Shown piece by piece: positions 47,928 through 57,495 of a stretch of 64,000 bases of DNA; position 1 is the stretch's first letter, and each line of letters opens with the position of its first letter. Location of the stretch: IMG/VR virus record IMGVR_UViG_3300046171_000252, positions 124,001 to 188,000 of that record. The stretch is one strand, 5' to 3'. Below the pieces are notes generated by a model that worked only from the letters and a program-made list of their open reading frames with translations, searched no databases and was not told where the DNA came from. Made by a program: the position numbers and the translations under genes.

Positions 47928-48757
47928 ATCATAAGTATTATTTTTCAGTTGCCGCAATGTTCAAGAATGAAAGTTGGACATTGAAGGAATGGGTTGAACA
48001 CTATAAGTTGCATGGAGCAGATCATATCTATCTGGTAGATGACTTCAGTGATGATGATTATCTGCCTATCCTGCAACCTTATATTGATTCTGGATATGTG
48101 ACTCTGTTTAAGAGTGATGTAGATGAGAGATTTACGGGGCGACAAGTTCATGTCACGAATAAGTATTTCCTTCCTATTGCAAAAGAATCTAAGTGGATTG
48201 CACAGGTTGATGTAGATGAGTTTCTGTATAGTCCAAAGGTTGTTGATATTAAAAAAATTCTAAAACAATATGAAGACTATGGTAGAGTAATTACTAACTG
48301 GGTATGGTTCAACTCTAATGATTTTATTGAACATCCTGAAGGTGGCATTGTCAATAACTTCAATAAGAGAGCAGAGTATAATGTAAGAGTCTGGGCTACA
48401 TTGTATAGTCATGCCAATCCAAAAGGACAGGATGAACCAGAGTGGCAGAACCTAGATGCTCCGAAGTGCATTGTGAATACTGACTTTGGTATTGAACATT
48501 TTGCAGTTCATGATGCATTTAATAATGGAGAGACAATCAATCTATCATACAAGACAAATGAAAATGACCCAGAATTGCTTTTGAATCATTATCAATTACA
48601 ATCTAGAGAGTATTGGGAAACTGTTAAGATGAATAGAGGTGATTGCAATCACTGGTATACTGGAAACAAAAGAGGATGGCACGCTTTCTATTCATTAGAC
48701 GTTGGTAATATAATTGATGACAGACTTAAAGAACAAAATATGGAGATAGTTCTATGA
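47924..48757 (+). CDS. GT92/GT2-like glycosyltransferase
   Basis: FKNES..LKEWVEHY, VDVDEF, LNHY. Confidence 0.8.
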   Translation: MNHKYYFSVAAMFKNESWTLKEWVEHYKLHGADHIYLVDDFSDDDYLPILQPYIDSGYVTLFKSDVDERFTGRQVHVTNKYFLPIAKESKWIAQVDVDEFLYSPKVVDIKKILKQYEDYGRVITNWVWFNSNDFIEHPEGGIVNNFNKRAEYNVRVWATLYSHANPKGQDEPEWQNLDAPKCIVNTDFGIEHFAVHDAFNNGETINLSYKTNENDPELLLNHYQLQSREYWETVKMNRGDCNHWYTGNKRGWHAFYSLDVGNIIDDRLKEQNMEIVL

Positions 48758-49620
48758 CAATTGGAATGAATAATCTAGGCACGAATGGGAGACTGGGAAA
48801 CCAGATGTTTCAATATGCCGCACTAGTAGGTATTGCCAAACAAGGTGGATTTGATTTTAGAATCCCCGACCATTCAAAGGCAACATACTTTGACCGCAAA
48901 TCTGGTCCAAATATTATTACGGAGTATCATCAATTGCAGCACTGCTTTGAGATGCTCCATTGTGGTGATAGGTATGGACTGGTGGATGGTGATGAGATTG
49001 AATTGCATGAATCTCATGAGTTCTGTGAGGAGTTATTCAATGAGTGTCCAAATCATGTATCCCTGAACGGATACTTTCAAACAGAAAAGTATTTTAAGAA
49101 TGCAGAGAAACTTATCCGACTGGACTTTAGATTCAAGAAGCATATCATTGAAGAGGTTCAATCGCACTTCAAGGAATATCTAGATCAAAAACCTGTATGT
49201 ATTTTGGTAAGAGATTTCAACCCAGAATTTGATTATCCAAATTGTGAGAACAATCATATCAATGTCTCACTAGAGTTTTATGAGAAGGCAATTGAATCCT
49301 TAGGTAAGGACAGAACTTATATTGTATGCTCTAATAGTATTGACCTTTGTAAGAAGCAAAAGTTATTTCAAGGAGACAATTTTATCTTCAATGAGGTTGT
49401 TCCCGAAGAGATATATAAAGGACACTTTGACTTATGTTTAATGTCAATGTGTCAGGACTTCATCGTTTCCAATAGCACATTTGGATGGTGGGGTGCCTGG
49501 TTAGGAAATGGAGAAGGGAAGAGAGTTATACTACCGTCCCCTTGGTATGGACCCGGACTTTCTCATATTAGTGTTGATGATTTGTATCCAGATGGATGGG
49601 AGAAAATTGAATGGAAGTAA
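48754..49620 (+). CDS. GT11 glycosyltransferase
   Basis: GRLGNQMFQYA, NSTFGWWGAWL. Confidence 0.88.
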   Translation: MTIGMNNLGTNGRLGNQMFQYAALVGIAKQGGFDFRIPDHSKATYFDRKSGPNIITEYHQLQHCFEMLHCGDRYGLVDGDEIELHESHEFCEELFNECPNHVSLNGYFQTEKYFKNAEKLIRLDFRFKKHIIEEVQSHFKEYLDQKPVCILVRDFNPEFDYPNCENNHINVSLEFYEKAIESLGKDRTYIVCSNSIDLCKKQKLFQGDNFIFNEVVPEEIYKGHFDLCLMSMCQDFIVSNSTFGWWGAWLGNGEGKRVILPSPWYGPGLSHISVDDLYPDGWEKIEWK

Positions 49621-50384
49621 CAGTTGTAAGTCATGCCGGTATTGCCAATAGAATTAAGAATCTATTGAGTGCCATGGCACAACATGATAAAGTTTATACT
49701 CCACATGATACAATCTCATTTCTCTTTCCATCTATTTCTAAGGTAGATGAAGTTGTGAATCCTTATCCAGAGGATTGGAGATTGTATGTTGATCCTGAAG
49801 AAGAAAAATACATAGACAACTACAAAACAATTGACCTGATGTATGAGAAGACTCCGCAGTATTTTGTGGATAAGTATCTCAATCTACTTGGAACTCTAGA
49901 AATCAATCAGGATATTCTTGATTATGTAAATGAGTTTACCGAATCTTGGGATGATATGGTTGGTGTTCATATTAGGTCATGGTATTGTGCCAAGAAAGTT
50001 TTTCATGATAATAGCATCTTTGAAAGAGAGATAGATAGGTTAGCAGAAGACAAGAAATTCTTTTTCTGTTCTGACAACTCTGATGTCTATAAACATTTTG
50101 CAGACAGATATCCCGACAGAGTAATTTTATACGATAGACAAATATTCAATGACCCCAAATTGGCTGAGTCCGGACATCATGATGATATTCAATTAACTAC
50201 TGATGCCTTTATTGAGTTGTTGATACTATCCAAGTGTGCTACAATTGTTGGTACATATGCCAGTTCTTTTGATGAACTCGCATGGTGGATGAGTGGGTGT
50301 AAATCAAAAGTGATTATACCAGAACCAATTAATTGTGAGCAAGAACTGAACAACTTTAACGATCTGATTTACGTAAAAAAATGA
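49611..50384 (+). CDS. GT-B fucosyltransferase-like protein (NodZ/GT23-like)
   Basis: GIANR, GVHIR, FFCSD, SSF. Confidence 0.7.
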   Translation: MEVTVVSHAGIANRIKNLLSAMAQHDKVYTPHDTISFLFPSISKVDEVVNPYPEDWRLYVDPEEEKYIDNYKTIDLMYEKTPQYFVDKYLNLLGTLEINQDILDYVNEFTESWDDMVGVHIRSWYCAKKVFHDNSIFEREIDRLAEDKKFFFCSDNSDVYKHFADRYPDRVILYDRQIFNDPKLAESGHHDDIQLTTDAFIELLILSKCATIVGTYASSFDELAWWMSGCKSKVIIPEPINCEQELNNFNDLIYVKK

Positions 50385-51139
50385 TTACATTAGAAGCAAC
50401 GAAACAAGTGGCAGATGATTCTCCGGATCATATCTGTCCGGTTGGTGCGATTAGAGATAACTTCACATCAGAGGGATTGATTGAAGAAGTCAAAGATGGA
50501 TTTGAGAACGAACAAATTTCCATGCTAGATCTTGGATGTGCCGGTGCTCAGTTTGTTGTTGATTTTATTAATAGAGGTGATATTGGTATAGGATTGGAGG
50601 GTAGTAGTAATTCTCTTGGTGGTATTGGTAAGGACAACTGGGATAAGTATCACAATAAAAATTTGTTCCTATGTGATATCACAAAAGATTATCAACTCTA
50701 TGATGATGGAGAACCCATGGAGTTTGATTTCATTCACTCGGAAGAAGTGTTTGAACACATTGCACCCGAAGATATTGACAACATGCTTATTAATATCTTT
50801 AAGCATCTGAAGGAGGGTGGTCTTTGTGTATTTGGAGTTTCTCTTGTTCCTGATGTAAGGAATGAGAAAGGTGAGGACATGGTGCCACCTTTTGCTCCAG
50901 AAGATAGAACTATCGGATATGAAGGAGAACTCTTTACTCTTCATCAATCTGTGTTCCCTGCAACCTGGTGGAAAGAAAAAATTGAGTCAGCAGGGTTTAA
51001 AATTTTCGAGGAAGGACTTCATGATGAGAACCACTTTGGATATCTTTTTAATCACATTGTTCGTGGTGCCGGATACTCTGGCAATGTTCCTGGTTATAAA
51101 GGATGGGATGAGTCCGCGTATTTCTGTTGCACAAAATGA
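50381..51139 (+). CDS. class I SAM-dependent methyltransferase
   Basis: LDLGCAGA, EVFEHI. Confidence 0.85.
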   Translation: MITLEATKQVADDSPDHICPVGAIRDNFTSEGLIEEVKDGFENEQISMLDLGCAGAQFVVDFINRGDIGIGLEGSSNSLGGIGKDNWDKYHNKNLFLCDITKDYQLYDDGEPMEFDFIHSEEVFEHIAPEDIDNMLINIFKHLKEGGLCVFGVSLVPDVRNEKGEDMVPPFAPEDRTIGYEGELFTLHQSVFPATWWKEKIESAGFKIFEEGLHDENHFGYLFNHIVRGAGYSGNVPGYKGWDESAYFCCTK

Positions 51140-51963
51140 TTGATCTTAAGAATTGTACTTTTATCATTCCCGTAAGGATTGAGAGTGAAGATAGAATGCG
51201 TAATGTTATTACAGTTCTGTGTTATCTTCTTGAAAACTTTGATACTAAAGTTATTCTCAAAGAAGTGGATGTAGAGTCTGTATTTCAGGAAGCAGTTCTA
51301 CCACAAATTAAAGAATATCTTGGTGATGCACTTAACAATCTAACGCATGTCTTTGAGAAATCTGATGACCCTGTGTTCTATAGGATGAAGATTCTTAATG
51401 AAATGATTGATATGGCAGACACTCCAGTCATTGCCAACTATGACTGTGATGTTCTGTTCAGACCAGAAACATATACAGAATCGGTTGAGATGGTCATGAA
51501 TGGATGTGATATTGTATATCCATATGGATTTGGTGAGTATCAGAGACAAGTCTTTGCCGATGATGAAGATGTGAGTGAGTTTCTTTCTAATGATTTTAAC
51601 TTTGACATCCTTGATAATAAGTCAAAGATGTATGATGCTCAGTATGGGCACGTTCAATTTGTAGATAGAAAATCCTATATTGATGCAGGTATGGAGAATG
51701 AAAACTTCCGAGGTTCTTCTCCTGAAGATAAGGAGAGATTCTATAGATTTGAAAAAATGGGTTATAATGTTGGTAGAATAGATCATCAGGTTTATCACCT
51801 AGAACATAGTAGAGGTAGAAACTCTTGGCCAAATTCAGTTCAAGGCAATCCATACATGAGAGAAAACTTTGAGGTATGGGAATCAATTCAGAACATGTCT
51901 GGTGAAGAGTTGAGAGAATACTATTCCAATCAAGAGTATCTGAAAAAGTATGTTAATTGCTAG
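51136..51963 (+). CDS. GT2/GT7-like glycosyltransferase
   Basis: FIIPVR, YDCD, ENENFRGSSPED, YHLEH. Confidence 0.8.
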   Translation: MIDLKNCTFIIPVRIESEDRMRNVITVLCYLLENFDTKVILKEVDVESVFQEAVLPQIKEYLGDALNNLTHVFEKSDDPVFYRMKILNEMIDMADTPVIANYDCDVLFRPETYTESVEMVMNGCDIVYPYGFGEYQRQVFADDEDVSEFLSNDFNFDILDNKSKMYDAQYGHVQFVDRKSYIDAGMENENFRGSSPEDKERFYRFEKMGYNVGRIDHQVYHLEHSRGRNSWPNSVQGNPYMRENFEVWESIQNMSGEELREYYSNQEYLKKYVNC

Positions 51964-52897
51964 TTGTCCATTAAGAATTTCCCTGTTCGGAGGTTCTACT
52001 GATAATCCATATTTCGTAGAGAAGTATGGGTATGGTTCTGTAATTAGTTTCACATGTGATCTTAAGACATATGTAACTATCAGTCAGGACAAAATTGGTT
52101 TCAATAAAGAACAACACAAATATATCATCAACTATTCAAAGAGAGAGGAAGTCTCCAAGGTTGAGGATATACAGAATGAAGTTGTAAGAACTGTATTGGA
52201 GCATTTTAATATGCCACCAGTACAGGTTACTCTTACCAGTGATGCTTATTCACAAGGAAGTGGATTGGCATCTTCGTCTTCTTATACAATAAGTCTTATC
52301 AAGGCATGTTCTTTGTTCTTGAAGATTACAATGACAGAAAGTGAGATATGTAAATTGGCATATCAACTTGAAAGAGTATATAATCCTTATTGTGGATATC
52401 AAGATCCGTATGGATGTGGTGTCGGTGGATTTAAAAGAATTGAATTCATGAATAATGATTGTATCAAGTATGAGTTTCTTCCAACAGAACTATTTGATAA
52501 GTATGATACTCATCTTATCTTCACAGGTGTCACGAGAAACTCTAAGAAGATTCTTAAAAATGTAACTGATAATTTGGAGAAAGTAAAACCACTTCTTGAC
52601 ACAGTAGTCTGTGCATATCAAAGTCTTTCTCAAAATGACTATGAGTTGTTTTTCAAGTATCTAAATCATGGATGGCAACAAAAGAAAGAAACGAGTAGTT
52701 CAATATGTGAGAATGAACTCATTAAAGAGATTGATTCTTCTTTGGAAAATAGTCCATCGGTCTTGTCGCATAAATTATGTGGGGCAGGTAATGGAGGATT
52801 TTTCTTAGTATTCTCTAATAAGGACAGCTTGAATATTCCTTATGAATCTGTTAGAATAAATGTATCGCCAAATGGGGTAACGGGTAGATGTCTTTGA
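51950..52897 (+). CDS. hddA: HddA-like GHMP sugar (heptose-7-P) kinase
   Basis: PLRISLFGGSTD, GSGLASSS, GYQD, KLCGAGNGG. Confidence 0.8.
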   Translation: MLIASCPLRISLFGGSTDNPYFVEKYGYGSVISFTCDLKTYVTISQDKIGFNKEQHKYIINYSKREEVSKVEDIQNEVVRTVLEHFNMPPVQVTLTSDAYSQGSGLASSSSYTISLIKACSLFLKITMTESEICKLAYQLERVYNPYCGYQDPYGCGVGGFKRIEFMNNDCIKYEFLPTELFDKYDTHLIFTGVTRNSKKILKNVTDNLEKVKPLLDTVVCAYQSLSQNDYELFFKYLNHGWQQKKETSSSICENELIKEIDSSLENSPSVLSHKLCGAGNGGFFLVFSNKDSLNIPYESVRINVSPNGVTGRCL

Positions 52898-53694
52898 TTA
52901 CGTTAGAAACTGAAAATCCTGTTGCGATTGATTCTCCCGATCATATTGCACCAGCAGGAACGATTGTAGATAATCGCACGAATGTTGATTATGTAAATGC
53001 AGTAAAGAATTACTTTGATAGACCATTCAAAGTATTGGATATGGGATGTGCTGGAGCACAGATGATTGCAGATTATATTGATGCTGGATATGTTGCCGTA
53101 GGACTTGAGGGTTCTACGCATGTTCTTACGGGTGCAGGGTCTCACAACTGGGACAAGTATCATAATAAGAATCTATTCAATGTAGATTTGTCAAAACCAT
53201 TTCAACTGAAAGAAGATGGTGGGGACATGAAGTTTGACTTTATCCATAGTTGGGATGTTGTTGAGCATATTCATCCTGATGATCTGGGTGTCTGGTTTGA
53301 TAATGTTAAGAATCACCTGACAGATGATGGTGTGTTCTGTTGTGTTCTTGCAACTACTCCTGATTATGAAATGAAAGATGGTGAACTTGTAATTCGTCAT
53401 CGGTCAATGTTCAACTCTGCGGAGTGGGTCAACATCTTCTTTGATAATGGATTTGAACTCTGCGTTGAGAATAATTGGCACTCTTATCCTGTGGGTAGAA
53501 ACTATCCCGACAGTGTAAAACCACAATGCTATCATGAAGCAGCAGGTGTAGTCGGAACAGAAAATGGATTATACTTTGGTTATCTCTTTGGTGATGCTCA
53601 GTTCAGCAACCATGACAACAAAGGTGCAAACATTTATTTCTGTGTAAGAAAAAAACAAAACCACGAACAGCGTATTCCATCTAACTGGGACTGA
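52888..53694 (+). CDS. class I SAM-dependent methyltransferase, paralog of 50381
   Basis: LDMGCAGA, DVVEHI. Confidence 0.85.
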   Translation: MSLITLETENPVAIDSPDHIAPAGTIVDNRTNVDYVNAVKNYFDRPFKVLDMGCAGAQMIADYIDAGYVAVGLEGSTHVLTGAGSHNWDKYHNKNLFNVDLSKPFQLKEDGGDMKFDFIHSWDVVEHIHPDDLGVWFDNVKNHLTDDGVFCCVLATTPDYEMKDGELVIRHRSMFNSAEWVNIFFDNGFELCVENNWHSYPVGRNYPDSVKPQCYHEAAGVVGTENGLYFGYLFGDAQFSNHDNKGANIYFCVRKKQNHEQRIPSNWD

Positions 53695-53697
53695 ATT

Positions 53698-54201
53698 ATG
53701 AATCCATTTAAAGAGTATATTGAAGTTCTTGAATGTGCCCACATGGGCAATGAGTTTGAGAAGTTTCAAGAAGCATTCAAAAATCACAGCAGAATTATCA
53801 TCCTTGGCAACGGAGGTAGCAGTTCAGTTGCATCTCATATCTCTCAGGACTATATGAAGTTCAGGGGTAAGAAAGTTTCGATTCTTTCTGACCCATCCAT
53901 GTTGACCATGCTTACAAATGATTTTGGGTATGAAAATGCATATCAAAAGTTTCTAGAGTATTATGTGGAGGATGAAACTCTTGTTGTTCTGATGAGTTCT
54001 GGTGGAGAATCAAAGAATATTTTGAATTGTTTAACCTGGTGTGAAGAAAACAAGGTCAACTATGGTATTCTGACGGGGTTCTCTCCTGAAAATACTATTA
54101 GAACTAGGGCAACCAATGCCCTTTGGAATTACTATATCTCTAGTCAAGACTATGGTGTGGTAGAATGTGTTCATCAGATTTTCCTGCACGGAGTCGTATG
54201 A
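53698..54201 (+). CDS. gmhA: sedoheptulose-7-P isomerase (SIS domain)
   Basis: GNGGSSSVASH, NDFGYE, SSGGESKN, ECVH. Confidence 0.82.
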   Translation: MNPFKEYIEVLECAHMGNEFEKFQEAFKNHSRIIILGNGGSSSVASHISQDYMKFRGKKVSILSDPSMLTMLTNDFGYENAYQKFLEYYVEDETLVVLMSSGGESKNILNCLTWCEENKVNYGILTGFSPENTIRTRATNALWNYYISSQDYGVVECVHQIFLHGVV

Positions 54202-54950
54202 GATATTGCTTTGATATTGATGGCACACTTTGCCATACTCCTTGCAATCCAGATGGACATGGTATGAGGTATGAAGAAGCAACTTCATTTCCATGGATGG
54301 TTGGTCATGTTAATCGTCTTTATGATGAAGGACATTACATTATTATGATGACTGCTCGTGGAAGAGGGTCTGGAATTGATCATGGTGATTTGACTCGCAA
54401 TCAACTTGCAATGTGGGGATACAAGTATCATGAACTTGAACCTATGTTTCATAAACCAACTGCGGACCTTTTTATTGATGATAAGGGTATTGATGTAAAT
54501 GAGTGGTTAAAACAACAACCACAAACTAAAGGTGTTATTGCCGGTGCATTTGATGTTATTCATCCTGGATACATTAGAATGTTTTCTGAAGCAAAACAAT
54601 ACTGTAATCATTTAACTGTTGCTCTTCATGTTGACCCATCCACCGAAAGGTCTCATAAACTTTCACCGGTCCAATCTGCCGATGAGCGTAAAGAGATTCT
54701 TCTGGGAATGAAGAACATTGATGATGTTGTTCTTTATAATAATGAGGAAGAATATCTGTCCTATCTCAAGAGTGGTGATTATGAGATTCGTTTTCTTGGC
54801 ACAGACTATAAGGATGGAACATATTCAGGTAAAGAAATAGACATTGATATTGTTTGGTTGGATAGAGAAAATCATAATTACTCTACTACAAAACTAAAAA
54901 CAGATATTTTTAAATCAATTTTACCAAGGGCATCTGAGAACTATGATTAA
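54198..54950 (+). CDS. fusion of HAD phosphatase and cytidylyltransferase-like domain
   Basis: FDIDGT, TARG, FIDDK; then GAFDVIHPGY, GTDY, YSTT. Confidence 0.82.
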   Translation: MRYCFDIDGTLCHTPCNPDGHGMRYEEATSFPWMVGHVNRLYDEGHYIIMMTARGRGSGIDHGDLTRNQLAMWGYKYHELEPMFHKPTADLFIDDKGIDVNEWLKQQPQTKGVIAGAFDVIHPGYIRMFSEAKQYCNHLTVALHVDPSTERSHKLSPVQSADERKEILLGMKNIDDVVLYNNEEEYLSYLKSGDYEIRFLGTDYKDGTYSGKEIDIDIVWLDRENHNYSTTKLKTDIFKSILPRASENYD

Positions 54951-55839
54951 AAGTTTAGTAACTGGAGGAGCAGGATTCATCGGATCTAATCTGGTGGATG
55001 CATTACTTGAACAAGGACACATGGTCGTATGTGTTGATAATGAAAGTGCAAGTAATGAAGAGTTCTATTGGAATAGAGATGCTATTAACATTAAGGCAGA
55101 TGTAACTGATTATAAAATAATGAGAAACTGCATGACAGACATTGATTATGTTTTTCATCTAGCAGCAGAGTCGCGTCTTCAACCTGCAATTGAGAATCCA
55201 ATTGAAGCTATTGTAAAGAACTGCGTTGGAACTACAACTATTCTGCAGTGTGCCAGAGAAGCAGGTGTAAAGAAAGTTATGTATTCTTCCACTTCTTCTG
55301 GATATGGAATGAACTCATATCCGAATGTTGAAACACAACCAGATGATTGTTTGAATCCTTACTCTGCATCTAAGGTTGCAGCAGAAAAATTCTGTAAGAT
55401 GTATACAGATCTATATGGACTTAAGACTGTTGTATTCAGATACTTTAATGTATATGGAGAAAGGTCTCCTGTCTTTGGTCAGTATGCTCCTGTCATTGGA
55501 ATCTTCCTGAAGCAAAAGAACGAAGGTCAACCTCTTACTATTGTGGGTGATGGGTCTCAAAGGAGAGACTTTATTCATGTGAAAGATGTTGCTGCCGCAA
55601 ATATTCTTGCCGCAACTGCTGATATTCCTGAGGAGTATTATGGTCAGGTGTTTAATATTGGTAGTAGTGACAGCATTTCTATTCAGGAGATTGCAAATCT
55701 AATTTCAGATGATCAGGTTTATATTCCGAAGAGAGAAGGTGAAATGGAGACTACTTTTGCTAATATAGATAAGGCAAAAGAAATTCTTGGTTGGACTCCC
55801 AAGATTAATGTTTCGGATTGGATTCGTGAAAACCTATGA
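54943..55839 (+). CDS. NAD-dependent epimerase (UDP-glucose 4-epimerase-like)
   Basis: TGGAGFIGS, YSASK, RYFNVYG, RDFIHV. Confidence 0.88.
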   Translation: MIKSLVTGGAGFIGSNLVDALLEQGHMVVCVDNESASNEEFYWNRDAINIKADVTDYKIMRNCMTDIDYVFHLAAESRLQPAIENPIEAIVKNCVGTTTILQCAREAGVKKVMYSSTSSGYGMNSYPNVETQPDDCLNPYSASKVAAEKFCKMYTDLYGLKTVVFRYFNVYGERSPVFGQYAPVIGIFLKQKNEGQPLTIVGDGSQRRDFIHVKDVAAANILAATADIPEEYYGQVFNIGSSDSISIQEIANLISDDQVYIPKREGEMETTFANIDKAKEILGWTPKINVSDWIRENL

Positions 55840-56747
55840 GCAAGTTTGTAGTATTGAAGTCTGCGGGACTGGGTAATAGAATTAAGTTATATGTGTCTTA
55901 CCTGCAGAGGTATGACGAACTTTTGATTGAAAAGGAACCTGACTTATATCTCTTTGAGAATTTCAAGTTATGTAATAAGGAAGAGGATATCAAAATCTAT
56001 CCTTGGACTCATTCTGGATGGAGACTTCTAGTTAATGAAGATGAGGTTCAATACTGCGACAAATACAAAACTATAGATCAACTCTATAATGATACTCCAC
56101 AATACTTTATTGATAAGTATCTTCCTGTATGGCAGAAGTTAAGAATTCAACCAGACATTCAAAAGATTATTGACGACTTTACGCAGGACTGGGACAAGGA
56201 AGATATGGTTGGAATCCATGTTAGAACTAATCTGCCACCAGTTGATGACGGAAGTCGTAGTGTCTGGATGGACTATGAAGGATTTGAGAAAGAGATTGAG
56301 AAGTATCCATCTACTCAGAAGTTTTTCCTTGCCACAGACCATGAACCAATAGTCGGATATTACAAGTCTAGATATCCTGGACAGATTATTACATTCCCTA
56401 GGAACGATATTGTTAGGCACGACAATCATACTGATAATGTGAGTCAGACAATCGGTGCATTTCTTGATATGTATTTGTTGTCTCAATGCTATAAGAAGTT
56501 GATTCTTACATGGGGAACTTCTTTCTCGGAATGTTCCTGGTGGTTTGGTGGATGTAGAGCTGAAGTGGTGATGCCAACACTTTGGGACAAAATTCCAACA
56601 GACTTTTACGATATCATTTACAATAAGAAGAATGTGTCCTATAATCTAGGAGGAGAATCAGTCTTTGCTGAGGGTTGTCGCACGTATGCTCCTCTCAGTT
56701 TCGGAAATAACTACACTATCAAAAATTGGATGGTCCATCATGAATAG
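55836..56747 (+). CDS. fucosyltransferase-like protein, paralog of 49611
   Basis: GLGNRIK, GIHVR, FLATD, TSFS. Confidence 0.7.
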   Translation: MSKFVVLKSAGLGNRIKLYVSYLQRYDELLIEKEPDLYLFENFKLCNKEEDIKIYPWTHSGWRLLVNEDEVQYCDKYKTIDQLYNDTPQYFIDKYLPVWQKLRIQPDIQKIIDDFTQDWDKEDMVGIHVRTNLPPVDDGSRSVWMDYEGFEKEIEKYPSTQKFFLATDHEPIVGYYKSRYPGQIITFPRNDIVRHDNHTDNVSQTIGAFLDMYLLSQCYKKLILTWGTSFSECSWWFGGCRAEVVMPTLWDKIPTDFYDIIYNKKNVSYNLGGESVFAEGCRTYAPLSFGNNYTIKNWMVHHE

Positions 56748-57495
56748 GATAGAAGACTACAACAAATTAAAAATAGGTATTGTAACCTGGATTAAAGATT
56801 ATGTTGAAAAGAATGAGATTAAATCCCTTGTTATAGGAGTATCTGGAGGAATTGATTCTGCAGTAGTCTCTACCTTATGTGCAGAAACAGGACTACCAAC
56901 CTATGTGGTTGCCATGCCTCTGCATTCTAAAATTGAAAATAGTACATTATCAAGTGATCATTGTAAATTTTTGCAAGAGAGATACGCCAACATCAGGCAT
57001 AACCGAGTAGAACTGTCGGGTGTTTATGATCAGTTCATGCACAGTTTAACTTGGTGGACTGGTGATAAATTTAATGGCAATGAACTCTCCAATGCAAATA
57101 CAAAGTCTCGTCTTCGTATGGTGACTCTGTATCAAATTGCCGGATCTGTTGGTGGCATCGTTGTCGGCACCGGTAATAAGGTTGAAGATTATGGTGTAGG
57201 ATTCTACACTAAATATGGTGATGGCGGTGTTGATATAGCACCCATCGCAGACTTATACAAAACTGAAGTATGGGAACTTGGAAAGCATCTTAATATAGAT
57301 AAACGAATTATAGATGCAAAACCAACGGATGGTCTGTGGAATGATGGACGAACTGATGAAGATCAAATTGGTGCATCCTATGAGGACTTAGAACATGCCA
57401 TGGAATATGGTAATGGTCCTGCCGTAAGAATCTTGCATGATTATAACTGCAAGAACAAGCATAAGATGAACCCTATTCCGACTTTTAAATTATGA
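56740..57495 (+). CDS. nadE: NH3-dependent NAD+ synthetase
   Basis: GVSGGIDS, SRLRM, GFYTKYGDG, KTEV, PTDGLW..RTDEDQIG. Confidence 0.92.
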   Translation: MNRIEDYNKLKIGIVTWIKDYVEKNEIKSLVIGVSGGIDSAVVSTLCAETGLPTYVVAMPLHSKIENSTLSSDHCKFLQERYANIRHNRVELSGVYDQFMHSLTWWTGDKFNGNELSNANTKSRLRMVTLYQIAGSVGGIVVGTGNKVEDYGVGFYTKYGDGGVDIAPIADLYKTEVWELGKHLNIDKRIIDAKPTDGLWNDGRTDEDQIGASYEDLEHAMEYGNGPAVRILHDYNCKNKHKMNPIPTFKL

